Assembly (NCBI GenBank): GCA_965223545.1
Contig: OZ245006.1
Span: 3,136,001-3,200,000, forward strand
DNA length: 64,000 bases
Direction of reading: 5' to 3'
DNA from: Planctomycetota bacterium
GTDB taxonomy: Bacteria; Planctomycetota; UBA1135; UBA2386
Of this stretch, positions 7,938-17,564 are shown piece by piece; the stretch's first letter is position 1, and the number at the start of each line of letters is the position of its first letter. The position numbers were made by a program, and so were the translations under genes. The notes beneath the pieces are model-generated. The model worked only from the letters and a program-made list of their open reading frames with translations, was not told the DNA's origin and did not search any database.

Positions 7938-10599
7938 TGCTGGCCCTCGCGCGCCGCCCGCCCAGCCAATACGCGATGAGCAGGCCGACGGCCCCGAGAC
8001 CGGCCAGCCATCCGACCCACGCACCCCGGTCGGCGCTGGCCGCGGCGTCACGCACCTCGCCAACCGCGCGGAGGCCCGCCGGCATCGGCATGTCTGCCGA
8101 CGCGGGGGCCACTGGCGCCCGGATACGCTCGGCATCGGCGAACACCTGCGTCTTGCCCCACGCCCCGCTCGGCGGCCGCGCGTAGTCGATCTCGGCCGCA
8201 TCCAACGAGATCCAGCAGTCGCTGGCGACATCCCGCTTCGCACCCGAAACCCGAATCGTCAGGTCGTGGTAGCCGTACTCCAAGTCCGCAGCCTCGAACA
8301 ACAGGGCCTGCAGTTCTTCGCTCTCGGCGTAGGCATCGATCTCGGCAACCGTCCGCCCGTCGACGCGGACTTCGGCGAGGCCGTGATCGGGACCGCGTAC
8401 GCCGAACAGGCGCACGCCGGTGCCGGTAAACGGCAACGTGCGTTCGGCCCCGGCCTGCCGCGACACGTGGACGCCGTAGTTGAAGTGGCGCGCCGTGGGC
8501 CGCATTCCCCAGTCACCCCGACTGATCCACGGATCCCGCACGTCGTCGTAGAACTCGATGCGCGTCACCAACGTCCAAGACGTACCGCGGTCGGTCGATC
8601 GATAGATCCCGTCGAACGTCGCCGCGAACATGGTTTCGTCCTGAGCGAAGCCCGGCGACACGGCGAAGCTGAAGCTGCTGTCGATCGGCGATCCCGGCGC
8701 CAACAGGCGCGCGAACGTCCTACCCCGATCGAACGACACGAAGAAACCTCCAGCGAGAGTACTCAGACAGATCGTACCGTCGGCGCCGAAGCTCGGCGAG
8801 ATCCTCATCGTCGACGGTGCGTGTCCATCCAGACCGGTCGCCGACCGCCAGGTCTCGCCCCGGTCGGTCGAGTACAGGAAGCCGCCGTGCCGCGCGATGG
8901 TGTAGACCTCGCCGGACTCGGCGAAGTCCGGCGCGCAGGCGACTTGCAAGATCTTCGTCCAGCCCTCCTCGAAGCCGCTGCCGTCGAGCAGGGGCCCGCT
9001 CCACGTGCGTCCTCCGTCCGTCGACCGCGACAGCGTTCCCCCGCCGACGAAGAGAGTCCGGTCGGTCGTCCAAGCCGGCGACAACGCCAGGGAACGCTGC
9101 CAGTCGGTCACCGGGGGCCGGCCGGTCCAGGTCATGCCCGCGTCCTCGGACTGATAGATGCCTCCCGCCGAGACGGCGACCACGGTCCGGTCGGAAACGA
9201 AGTCCGGGGAGTACGCGATGTCTCTCACCTCGTACGGACGATAAGCCGACTCCGCGGAATGTGGCTGTAGGTCGATCGTGGTCCAGCTCCGACCGCCGTC
9301 GGTCGACCTCCTGATCCCCCACGCCACCCCACACATCACCATCTGGTCGGCTCCGAACTCGGGCGACGGCCGCACGCAGTAGGTGCTGAGTCCATCGAAG
9401 TTGGACGTCCGCACCTGCCAGCTCTCACCGCGGTCCTCCGAGACCAGGAGAGAGGTCCCGTAGGTCGTAGCGAAGACCACGCCATCCTGCACGAACCGCG
9501 GTGACACTTCGACGGCGCGGCCAATGCGGGTCGGATTGAGGTTGGCCTCGGTCCAGTGCTCGCCACCGTCCCGCGAGAAGAAGAGCCCCTCGAAGGTGCC
9601 ACAGAACACCGTCGCATCCGACTGGTACTGCGGCGACAGCACGACCGACGTGTAGTGGTTGTCGGTCTGGTGCGTCTTGGCGACGGCGAGCCCGGTCTGC
9701 GTCCAGCTCTCACCCCCATCCGGCGAACGAAACACCCCGGCGTCCCTCGTCGCCGCGAACAGCTCGGTGCAGCGCGGATACGTGGCGGCGACGGCGACTG
9801 CGTTGACGTCGGAGTCGTCGATCCCGGTGACCGGCGCATAGTGAAACCCGCTGCTCGTCGAGCGCAAGACGCCGGCGCCGTGCGTCGCGACCCAAACGTG
9901 GTGGTTTGCGCGCCAACCCTTGGCCACCGCGATGTCTTGCGGCACGCCCGCGAGCAGCCTGACCCGCCAGGTCTCGCCACCATCACTGCTGTAGTGGACG
10001 CGGGCATCGCTGGTGCCGACGACGACGACCCCGTCGGCGGCGAAGCCGGCCGATACCGCGATGCAGGTCACTTCTCCTTTGCCAGCCAAGCTCAGTCTTC
10101 GCATCGACTCGCCGCCGGAGTCGGAGCGCCACAGCGCAGCGCGGCCGGCGCAGAACAACGTCTGCGCGCCGTCGGCGCCAACCGGAGCCAGCGCCAACTC
10201 GGTGAGGTACTCATCCGACAGCGGCGATTCCCAAGTCGCGCCCGCGTCGCGCGTGCGCTGCAGCCCGGCACCACCAACCACGGCGTAGCCCGTGCTGCTG
10301 CGCCGCCAATCCGAGGCCGGCACGAACTTCCAGGTCGTGCCGCCGCGCAAGCCAGCGCGCCGGTTCTGCCAGGAGTAACCGCCATTGTCGCTGACCAAGA
10401 ACAGGTTCATCGAACCCGACGACGACACGAACACCGTGCCGCTGGTCGCGAAGTTCGGCGCCAGCGCAACGTCGGTCACCACGTCGTGCGGATGGTGCAG
10501 GGCAAGCGCACCCGGCGTCACCTCGCCGCGGCCCCCGATGGTCCCGCCGGCCGCAACGACGGCCGCCAGCAATCCCAGCCGTGCGCGAGCAATTGCCAT
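7930..10599 (-). CDS. Secreted BNR/Asp-box beta-propeller protein with C-terminal jelly-roll domain and C-terminal membrane anchor
   Basis: More than ten SxDxGxTW Asp-boxes, recurring 'SPxFxxDxTxF' motif, 'FTGTGVRLFG..GPDHG.AEVRVDG' CBM-like domain, terminal hydrophobic helix followed by RR. Confidence 0.85.
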   Translation of the reverse strand: MAIARARLGLLAAVVAAGGTIGGRGEVTPGALALHHPHDVVTDVALAPNFATSGTVFVSSSGSMNLFLVSDNGGYSWQNRRAGLRGGTTWKFVPASDWRRSSTGYAVVGGAGLQRTRDAGATWESPLSDEYLTELALAPVGADGAQTLFCAGRAALWRSDSGGESMRRLSLAGKGEVTCIAVSAGFAADGVVVVGTSDARVHYSSDGGETWRVRLLAGVPQDIAVAKGWRANHHVWVATHGAGVLRSTSSGFHYAPVTGIDDSDVNAVAVAATYPRCTELFAATRDAGVFRSPDGGESWTQTGLAVAKTHQTDNHYTSVVLSPQYQSDATVFCGTFEGLFFSRDGGEHWTEANLNPTRIGRAVEVSPRFVQDGVVFATTYGTSLLVSEDRGESWQVRTSNFDGLSTYCVRPSPEFGADQMVMCGVAWGIRRSTDGGRSWTTIDLQPHSAESAYRPYEVRDIAYSPDFVSDRTVVAVSAGGIYQSEDAGMTWTGRPPVTDWQRSLALSPAWTTDRTLFVGGGTLSRSTDGGRTWSGPLLDGSGFEEGWTKILQVACAPDFAESGEVYTIARHGGFLYSTDRGETWRSATGLDGHAPSTMRISPSFGADGTICLSTLAGGFFVSFDRGRTFARLLAPGSPIDSSFSFAVSPGFAQDETMFAATFDGIYRSTDRGTSWTLVTRIEFYDDVRDPWISRGDWGMRPTARHFNYGVHVSRQAGAERTLPFTGTGVRLFGVRGPDHGLAEVRVDGRTVAEIDAYAESEELQALLFEAADLEYGYHDLTIRVSGAKRDVASDCWISLDAAEIDYARPPSGAWGKTQVFADAERIRAPVAPASADMPMPAGLRAVGEVRDAAASADRGAWVGWLAGLGAVGLLIAYWLGGRRARASSA

Positions 10600-10636
10600 C
10601 GGCATGACGATAGTCGGCCGCGGCGCAGCGACAACC

Positions 10637-12577
10637 TCAGCGAGATCCCACCACGACCCACGTCCACCGCAGCTGGCTCGTCACCTCCGTGCCGAAGTGG
10701 AGACTCACCAGCTCCTCGACCCTCGCCACCATGGCATCCGATGGTGGCTGGCGGGCGCCCAGCTCGACGACAACCCGCCGCTCGGCGGACTCGCGCTCGA
10801 CGCGGATGTCGAGGCGCCGCACGTCGCCTTCGCCCAGCTCGGCCACGACCCGATCCACGGCCTCGACGAACTCCCGGGGTGCGGCGGTGGGGCGATACTG
10901 GCGCGGCAACAACGCCAACCACACCCCCAGCACCAAGAGTGCGACCAACAGGACACGGCCGACCGAACGCGTCCATCGCGACCCCTCCTTGGGGTAGCGC
11001 AGTCCCACCGCCCAGAAGCTGACCACCGAGGCCACCACGATGGCGACCATGTTGGCGGCGAACAACAACACTGCGCCGCTGGCGAGCTCGATCTCGCCCA
11101 TTGCCGCAGCCAGGCCAGCGGTGGCGATCGGCGGCACCAGTGCCGCGGCGATGGCGACCCCCGGTAGCGCGGCGAGCAGGCCGGGGCGGGAGGACGCATA
11201 GGCCGCAGCCAACCCCGACGCGAACGCGACCAGCAGATCGAGGACGTCGGGCCAGTCCCGCGCCACCATCTCGCCAGTCGGCGCCTCGCCCGCCAACCCG
11301 ATCGATCCCAACCCCCAACCGATGGCGAAGGCGGTGACGAAGCCGAGGATCACCGAGCGCAGCGCGAGCCGAGTCAGCACCGGATTGCCCTGCGCGATGC
11401 CGATGGCGGCACCGAGCAACGGCGTCATCAGCGGTGCAACCAGCATCGCGCCGATCACCACGGCGGCGGAATCGGCCAACAGCCCCATCGATGCGATCGC
11501 GGTGGACAGGCTCATCAGCGCGATGAAATCGAAGTCCCAGTGCGAGTTGGACTGCACTCGCTCGACCAAGGAGCGGCGCTGGTCTCGTTCCACCTGCGGC
11601 ACGATGCGCTCCAGCCACGCCGCCAGCCGCTGCTGCGTGCGACGGACGAGCGGCACCGACCGGCGCACCAGGATCACGGTCGGCTCCGGCGCGGCGCGCA
11701 GCAGCTGCATGCCGACGGAGCGCCGCATCGAACCTCCCAGGCCGACGGCCTTCGAGCTGCCGAGCAGGATCGCCGCCGCCGGCTCTTCGCTGTCGGCGCG
11801 GGCGATTCCCGCGTGGGGTCTGGCCTCGACCACCGCCCGCACCGTCATCTCGCTCACCTCATCCGGCAGCCACCGCTTGACGATCCGCGTCGCGATCCGC
11901 CGGCCGACGGCCTCGGCGTCGGGCCCGATGTCGGGTTCGACCCACAGCGCCGTCACCGATCGCTTCTCGGCCCGCGCCAGGTCGCGCGCGAGCTGCAGTG
12001 CCGCACCGCAGTGCTCCCCGTAGCCGACGGCGACCAGCAAGCCCTGCGACGCGGCCTCTTCGCGGCGCCCGGGGCGGATCAGCATCACCTCGCAAGTCAC
12101 GGACCCGAGGATCTGGCGGCGGCGCTCGCTCGACTCGGCCGCCTCGCCCTCGACCTGCTCTTGGACGGCGACCAAGGCGCGCGGCTTCGACTCTGCAATG
12201 CGCACGCGCAGCTCTTCGACGTCCTGACCAGGCAGGCACCAGAGGCTCACCCGGAGCGGACCGCGCCCCACCTCGGCACCATCGGATTCCTCGTCGTCCT
12301 CGGCGTGCGGCTGCCAGCTGCCCTCTCCCAGGATCTTCGTCAGCACTCCGCGCACGTGCACGCCGACGCGGGCATCCGCGTCGTCCCCGGCGACCGCGGC
12401 GTCGAGGTCGACCCGCCGCGAGGTTCCGTTGGCGCGGCTCGGACGGGCGACCATCAGCACCAGGTGGTCGCCGCGCGCGGCGGCGATCCGCGCCGCCCAG
12501 GGCACCGTCAGCGACAGCTGTTCGTCGGAATCGAGGTAGGCGGCGATCGTCATCCAGCGGCATCGATCATGACGCAA
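10637..12577 (-). CDS. DUF389 membrane protein with N-terminal universal-stress-protein-like domains
   Basis: 'IASMGLLADSAAVVIGAMLVAPLMTP', 'LPGVAIAAALVPP' DUF389 motifs; Usp-like N-terminal half. Start uncertain (may be 12553). Confidence 0.85.
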   Translation of the reverse strand: MRHDRCRWMTIAAYLDSDEQLSLTVPWAARIAAARGDHLVLMVARPSRANGTSRRVDLDAAVAGDDADARVGVHVRGVLTKILGEGSWQPHAEDDEESDGAEVGRGPLRVSLWCLPGQDVEELRVRIAESKPRALVAVQEQVEGEAAESSERRRQILGSVTCEVMLIRPGRREEAASQGLLVAVGYGEHCGAALQLARDLARAEKRSVTALWVEPDIGPDAEAVGRRIATRIVKRWLPDEVSEMTVRAVVEARPHAGIARADSEEPAAAILLGSSKAVGLGGSMRRSVGMQLLRAAPEPTVILVRRSVPLVRRTQQRLAAWLERIVPQVERDQRRSLVERVQSNSHWDFDFIALMSLSTAIASMGLLADSAAVVIGAMLVAPLMTPLLGAAIGIAQGNPVLTRLALRSVILGFVTAFAIGWGLGSIGLAGEAPTGEMVARDWPDVLDLLVAFASGLAAAYASSRPGLLAALPGVAIAAALVPPIATAGLAAAMGEIELASGAVLLFAANMVAIVVASVVSFWAVGLRYPKEGSRWTRSVGRVLLVALLVLGVWLALLPRQYRPTAAPREFVEAVDRVVAELGEGDVRRLDIRVERESAERRVVVELGARQPPSDAMVARVEELVSLHFGTEVTSQLRWTWVVVGSR

Positions 12578-12619
12578 CCGACGACGGATCGGAAATGCGG
12601 AGGCGACGCTCCCGCGGGA

Positions 12620-12650
12620 AGCGAGAAAATCGAGCCGGACTCGGTACGTT
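12620..12650 (+). promoter_or_regulatory. Promoter-region motif, copy 1 (shared with 52362-52392)
   Basis: AGCGAGAAAATCGAGCCGGACTC (23 nt identical in both copies), then TACGTT -10-like hexamer 7 nt before the in-frame GTG at 12658. Confidence 0.6.
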
Positions 12651-12657
12651 CCGGGGG

Positions 12658-13461
12658 GTGACTCGGATGGGTTTCGCAGCGCCTGCGCGTGTCTTGATGC
12701 GCTGGGTCCCGCGGAGCTTCGCGCGGTGTCTGCGCGAGGGGAGCGCGGCGATCGACGTCGGGCGGGCGCGCAGCCAGTGGCACGGCTACGTCGAGCTGCT
12801 GAGCCAGTTGGGTGTTCCCATCGACGCGACCTCGGCCGACGAGGCTCTACCGGACTGCTGCTTCGTCGAAGACAACGCCGTGCTGGGCAACGCGGTCGCG
12901 GTGCTCACCAACAGCGCGACCGAGCAGCGCCGCGGCGAGACGGCCAAGATCGGACGCCTGCTCGAGGCCGACTACGAGGTCCGCGAGCTGACCGGCTCCG
13001 CCGTATTCTTGGACGGAGGAGACGTGCTCCGAGTCGGGCGGCAGCTGTTCGTCGGGCGCTCGGCGCGCACCAACGACGCTGGCATCGCTGCGCTGCGGGA
13101 GTGCCTCGCTGACGACGACCTCGAGGTCACGGCAGTGGACGTGGTGCGCGGTCTACACCTGAAGTCCAGCGTCACGCTGCTGGATCCAGGCCGGGTCCTC
13201 TGCGTTGCCGACGCGGTGGACACCGAACCCCTGCGGCGCGCGGGCCTCGAGTGCGTCGCGGCTGTGGAGCGTCACGGCGCGAACGTGCTGGCGCTGGGCC
13301 GATCGGTGGTGGTCTCGGCCGCGGCACCACGAACCGCGCAGCTGGTGCGCGACCTCGGCTTCCAGGCCTTCGAGCTGCCACTCTCGGAGTTCCACTCCGG
13401 CGACGGCGGCCTGACGTGCCTGTCGCTGCGCATCCCACCGCTCGGCTGTTGGTGCGTTTGA
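12658..13461 (+). CDS. Dimethylarginine dimethylaminohydrolase / amidinotransferase family
   Basis: 'PDCCFVED', 'RRGE', 'LDGGDVL', 'GRSARTN', HLKS, 'DGGLTCLS' with the catalytic Cys. Start is GTG 12658 or ATG 12667. Confidence 0.9.
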   Translation: MTRMGFAAPARVLMRWVPRSFARCLREGSAAIDVGRARSQWHGYVELLSQLGVPIDATSADEALPDCCFVEDNAVLGNAVAVLTNSATEQRRGETAKIGRLLEADYEVRELTGSAVFLDGGDVLRVGRQLFVGRSARTNDAGIAALRECLADDDLEVTAVDVVRGLHLKSSVTLLDPGRVLCVADAVDTEPLRRAGLECVAAVERHGANVLALGRSVVVSAAAPRTAQLVRDLGFQAFELPLSEFHSGDGGLTCLSLRIPPLGCWCV

Positions 13462-13479
13462 TCTCGCTCGCAGCGATTC

Positions 13480-14601
13480 CTACCAGGGAAACGACAAGCT
13501 GGCCGCGGTCTGCCACTGCAGCGGCACTCGATAGGCCCGGTAGGTGACCGGCCCGGTCCAGGACCACGCGATCTGCCCGCCGCGGGTCACTTCGAAGGCG
13601 CGGCCGGCGTTGGAGGCGGTGATCAACGTGTTGCCGTTCGGCAGGCGCTGCGTCGACCCCATGAACATCGTGAAGAAGCGCTGCCGGGGCGTGTCACCGT
13701 AGCTCCACACCACCTGCTGACTGGGTGGATCGATCTCGAGCGCACGCGAGTGCTCTCGAAACGGGAGCCGCGGCGCGCCAGCCAACCCACCGTTGTCGAG
13801 CAACAGGATGTTGCCGGCACCCTGGTAGTCCTCCGGGATCATGCGCGCATGGTGCTGGCCGATCGTCCGGTTGTACAGCTGCCACACGAGGTTACCGGTC
13901 GGCTTGTCGATGATCGCCACCAGGTTCAGCTCGCGATAGCTGATCAGCAGATTGCCGGGCGCGAATCTCGGGTCCGTCGCCGCCCACCGGTTCTTCGGCA
14001 GCACGGCGACCGAGTTCAAGTGGAACAGCGTGGCGACCCCGCTCGGTGGCAAGAGCGAGCTCCAGCCGGCAGGAGTCACCGGCATCTGCGCGGCGTGCGC
14101 CGCCGAGGACCACTCCCAGACGACAGACCCGCCTCGATCCACCTCGACGATGAACTCGTCCCAGATCGGCATCGCCACGACGCTCTGGCTCGTGTCCAGC
14201 TGGCGCGCGATGTAGATCGTGTTGCCGTTGCGCATGCGCGCGTAGTCGTGGTGCACGACCCGGCCGACCGCGGAGGGATCGTGCGACCACAAGACGTTGC
14301 CCTGCCAGTCGAGCTCGATCAGCCGTCGCTGTGGATTGCCTGAATTGTCGATCGACGCCAGCACCCGCCCGCCGGGCAGCGGCTTGGCCATGCCGACGAA
14401 GTTCCAGCCGGCGACCGGTGAACGCCATGAATGCACGACGCGGCCCTGCAGGTCGATCGCGTCGAGCCGCGCGCTGCCCTGCACCGAGATCGACAGGTGC
14501 AAGCCGGGCCACGGAGACGGGTTGAGGGAACCTGCGACCTGCGCTGGCACCGCAGCCAGCAGCAGCAGAACGGGCGCCAACGCGCCAACCCGGGTAGGCA
14601 T
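13480..14601 (-). CDS. Arylsulfotransferase (ASST)-like secreted beta-propeller
   Basis: Signal peptide; HHD, 'FHLNSV', 'GQHHAR', 'LLDNG', 'QRLPNGNTLIT', YRAYR. Confidence 0.85.
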   Translation of the reverse strand: MPTRVGALAPVLLLLAAVPAQVAGSLNPSPWPGLHLSISVQGSARLDAIDLQGRVVHSWRSPVAGWNFVGMAKPLPGGRVLASIDNSGNPQRRLIELDWQGNVLWSHDPSAVGRVVHHDYARMRNGNTIYIARQLDTSQSVVAMPIWDEFIVEVDRGGSVVWEWSSAAHAAQMPVTPAGWSSLLPPSGVATLFHLNSVAVLPKNRWAATDPRFAPGNLLISYRELNLVAIIDKPTGNLVWQLYNRTIGQHHARMIPEDYQGAGNILLLDNGGLAGAPRLPFREHSRALEIDPPSQQVVWSYGDTPRQRFFTMFMGSTQRLPNGNTLITASNAGRAFEVTRGGQIAWSWTGPVTYRAYRVPLQWQTAASLSFPW

Positions 14602-14669
14602 CGTTGGCGACCGTACGCACTGACATCGCCCGGCGTCAAACCCCGGGCGGGAAGACCTCCCGAACAACG

Positions 14670-16475
14670 TCAGTCGGCGGCGGAGAGCGGGGCCGTATCC
14701 GGGACCCGGCAAGGCAGCCGCATCGCGAACACCGATCCCCCCCCTTCGCGCTGTTCTGCCCACAGCTCACCGCCGTGCAACGCGACGAGCTCTCGTGAGA
14801 TCGCGAGCCCCAGGCCGGTGCCACCGGCGCCGGTGTCGGTCTTGCTCGACTGTGCAAACCGGTCGAAGACGTGCTCCAGCTCGCCGTCGGGAATACCGAC
14901 GCCACGGTCGAGAACGCGCACGGTCACCGACTCGCCGTCTGTCGTCGCTTCGATCTCCACCACCGCACCATCGGGAGAGAACTTCAACGCGTTGCCGAGC
15001 AAGTTGCGCACGACTTGCAGAATGCGGGCTTCGTCGACGTGTGCGTGCATGAGCTCGGGGGCGCGCAGCTCGAGGCTCTGCCCCCTGGCCTCGGCCGCGG
15101 CCGCCATCTCGCGCGTCGCCACTCCCAGCACCGCGGACAGATCGACGTCGCCAGGCTCGATGGCGGTCTTGCCGGCGTCGAGCCGCGAGAGATCGAGCAG
15201 TGCATTGAGCAGATGCATCAATCGGTCCGCCGATTCGTGGATCTGTGCAAAGTACGCGACCAGCTTGGCCCGCTCGGCCGAGTCGCCACGCCGCACGCCG
15301 AACGTCGAGAAGCTCAAGATCGCATGCATCGGCGTGCGGAGCTCGTGTGACATGTTGGCCAAGAACTCGCTCTTGGCGGCATTGTCGGCCTGGGCACGAT
15401 CGCGTGCCTGCCGCATCTCTTCGATGCGGCGGGCGCCCTTCTCCATCTCGACCAACCGGGCCTGATGGGCGACGTCGTCGAGCAGCTCGTAGATCCTGCC
15501 CGCCATTCGGTTGAACGAAGAGGCCAGGGTCTGCATCTCGTGGGCCCCGGAGACGTGGGCGTCGATCTCCAGGTTGCCCTCCGCCAGCTCGCTCGCCGCC
15601 TCGGTCAAATCACGCAACGGCGTCACGATGCGCGTTGCGACGTATCGCGCGACGAGCAAGGAGACGAGGGCCGCGAGGGCCGCGCCCGCCGCGATCAACC
15701 AGAGCAGGTCCTCGTGCAGGGCGGCAGCTCCGACCGACGAGCGCACCAGCACGATGCGCAAGTCTCCGGACATGTCTGCCCAGCCCGCGACACAGGGCTC
15801 GGCGCCGACCCGCAAGGGCACCGGCTCCCCTGCTGGGCGATGCAGCACCTCGTCCGCCAGCACCTTCGCGACATCCCGCCATTCTTGCTCGACGCTCGAC
15901 TCTTTGACGCCGTGCGGGGTCACCAGGAAGGCATCCGCGCCGGTGACGCCGGCGACCTGCTCGAGATACTCCTCGCCGATGGCCTCGCCGAGAACGACGT
16001 GGCCGATGACCATGTTGCCGATCGTGACCTCGCCGCGCGCCACCGTGTAGCACACGCCGCTCAGGTCGATCACGTTGGCGACGGCGGCATAAGGCCAACC
16101 CGGCGACAGCTCTCGCCGGCTGGAACCGATCACCGTATCGTCCGCGTCGAGCAAGAGACAGATGTCCGCGTCGACCAGCGCCGCCGCATCTCGGGCGGCA
16201 AAGCTCGCGGTCTCGTCGTCCAGCCCCTCGATGTTGAGAGTCGCCCGCAGTCGCGGCATCGAGGCGACCGATGTCACCGCGCGGGCCAGTGACGCCGACG
16301 TCAGCTCCTCGAACTTGGCAAAGTTGCGCAGGCTGATCGCGAGTTGGTCGCGAAGGCTGCGCTGCAAGAAGCCGTCGGTCAGCGACAGGGCCCCGCCGAC
16401 GCCGATCAGGATCAGTCCCGCGGCCAATCCCCACGTCGTGACCAGCAGCTGTCCCCGGACCGTGCGCAGCACCAT
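14670..16475 (-). CDS. Membrane sensor histidine kinase (periplasmic sensor, HAMP, HisKA, HATPase)
   Basis: Two TM segments, HAMP, 'FLANMSHELRTP', N-box 'NLLGNALKF', 'DRGVGI', 'GGTGLGL'. Confidence 0.95.
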   Translation of the reverse strand: MVLRTVRGQLLVTTWGLAAGLILIGVGGALSLTDGFLQRSLRDQLAISLRNFAKFEELTSASLARAVTSVASMPRLRATLNIEGLDDETASFAARDAAALVDADICLLLDADDTVIGSSRRELSPGWPYAAVANVIDLSGVCYTVARGEVTIGNMVIGHVVLGEAIGEEYLEQVAGVTGADAFLVTPHGVKESSVEQEWRDVAKVLADEVLHRPAGEPVPLRVGAEPCVAGWADMSGDLRIVLVRSSVGAAALHEDLLWLIAAGAALAALVSLLVARYVATRIVTPLRDLTEAASELAEGNLEIDAHVSGAHEMQTLASSFNRMAGRIYELLDDVAHQARLVEMEKGARRIEEMRQARDRAQADNAAKSEFLANMSHELRTPMHAILSFSTFGVRRGDSAERAKLVAYFAQIHESADRLMHLLNALLDLSRLDAGKTAIEPGDVDLSAVLGVATREMAAAAEARGQSLELRAPELMHAHVDEARILQVVRNLLGNALKFSPDGAVVEIEATTDGESVTVRVLDRGVGIPDGELEHVFDRFAQSSKTDTGAGGTGLGLAISRELVALHGGELWAEQREGGGSVFAMRLPCRVPDTAPLSAAD

Positions 16476-16539
16476 CAGCTCAGCGCGGCCGGGACCGCCT
16501 CGAGGTTGTCGTAAGTCGGAAGCTCATGGCCTCGAAGAC

Positions 16540-17559
16540 TCAGTACTTCGACCGGTACGGCCGCCCGAACTTGTTCAGGTGCGACGCTTCCTGGCGCGTT
16601 TCCAAGAGCTCCATGTCCAGCCGCGCGGCGGGTTCGACACCGAGCTCCACGTCGTACACCGCGACCGCGCCCAGTGGCGACCAAGTGCGCAGCTTGCACG
16701 GATCGGCGGGCACTCCACTCAAGACGTAGAACCCGTCGGCGTCGGTCACCGCGAACACCGAGTTCTGCAGCACGAGGACGGAGCTCGACATGTCGGCGTG
16801 CAGATTGCAGAACACACGCACCAAGCCGGTCTCCTCGAACAAGACCTGCCGGGAACGGCCACCGCCGTAGACGCCCAAGTCGAACGGTTTCGCCTTCGAC
16901 AACGAGAACACGTTGTGGAACACGCGATCGTTGTTCGGGAACCCCACCGTAGTGCCGACGACAACCGGCAAGACCGTTGGCGAGAAGCGCATCTGCGCCT
17001 GGGTCACCACCGGCATCTCGACTTCGAAGTCGGGCCACGCCGGCTCCGGCGCTTGGTCGACGAACACCACGACATCCGCCGAGGATGCGCGAGGTTCACC
17101 GCCACGGTCGATGAGACGCACGACTCCCCAAGCGGTGCGGCCGATGGCCGGGTAGCCGGACAAGTCCTCGAGTGGCCTGGTCTTGACGTGGCAGGCGATG
17201 CAAGCCCGGCGCAACGCCCGGGCCGCGCTGCCCGCCGCCGGCAGCTCACCGCGCTCGAGCGCGGTCTCGGCCTGGGTAGACAACCCCGCCAGCATCGCTG
17301 CATAGCGATGCCGCAGGTCTTCGTTCTGGTGGGCGCCCGGGACATCGCTGCCGGCCAGCCGATGCGCAAGCGCTCGCAGCCGTTGCGATGCGTCCCGGGC
17401 AACCCCGACGCGCTGCTTCTCGAGCCCTGCCTCCATGCGACGCAGCTCTTGCGCCAGGTCTTTCATCACGACCCGGACCGGCTCGACGACGGTCTCCGCC
17501 GCTTCCGCAGCGCCTCCCTGGACCGCGGCGAGCAGAATGACGATGGCGATCGAACTCAT
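16540..17559 (-). CDS. Periplasmic fusion: helical cytochrome c domain + cupredoxin-like ('methylamine utilization protein'-like) domain
   Basis: Signal peptide; helical region ending in CIACH; then 'FPNND..FHNVFS' and 'FCNLHADM' (H...C-x2-H-x2-M type-1-copper-like ligand set). Confidence 0.8.
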   Translation of the reverse strand: MSSIAIVILLAAVQGGAAEAAETVVEPVRVVMKDLAQELRRMEAGLEKQRVGVARDASQRLRALAHRLAGSDVPGAHQNEDLRHRYAAMLAGLSTQAETALERGELPAAGSAARALRRACIACHVKTRPLEDLSGYPAIGRTAWGVVRLIDRGGEPRASSADVVVFVDQAPEPAWPDFEVEMPVVTQAQMRFSPTVLPVVVGTTVGFPNNDRVFHNVFSLSKAKPFDLGVYGGGRSRQVLFEETGLVRVFCNLHADMSSSVLVLQNSVFAVTDADGFYVLSGVPADPCKLRTWSPLGAVAVYDVELGVEPAARLDMELLETRQEASHLNKFGRPYRSKY

Positions 17560-17564
17560 CGAGA

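Noticed and set aside
13441..13480. DDAH C-terminus CWCV-TGA as another Sec readthrough
   Set aside because: The domain is already complete, only a 5-bp hairpin without a G-led loop follows, and a convergent gene ends 19 nt later.
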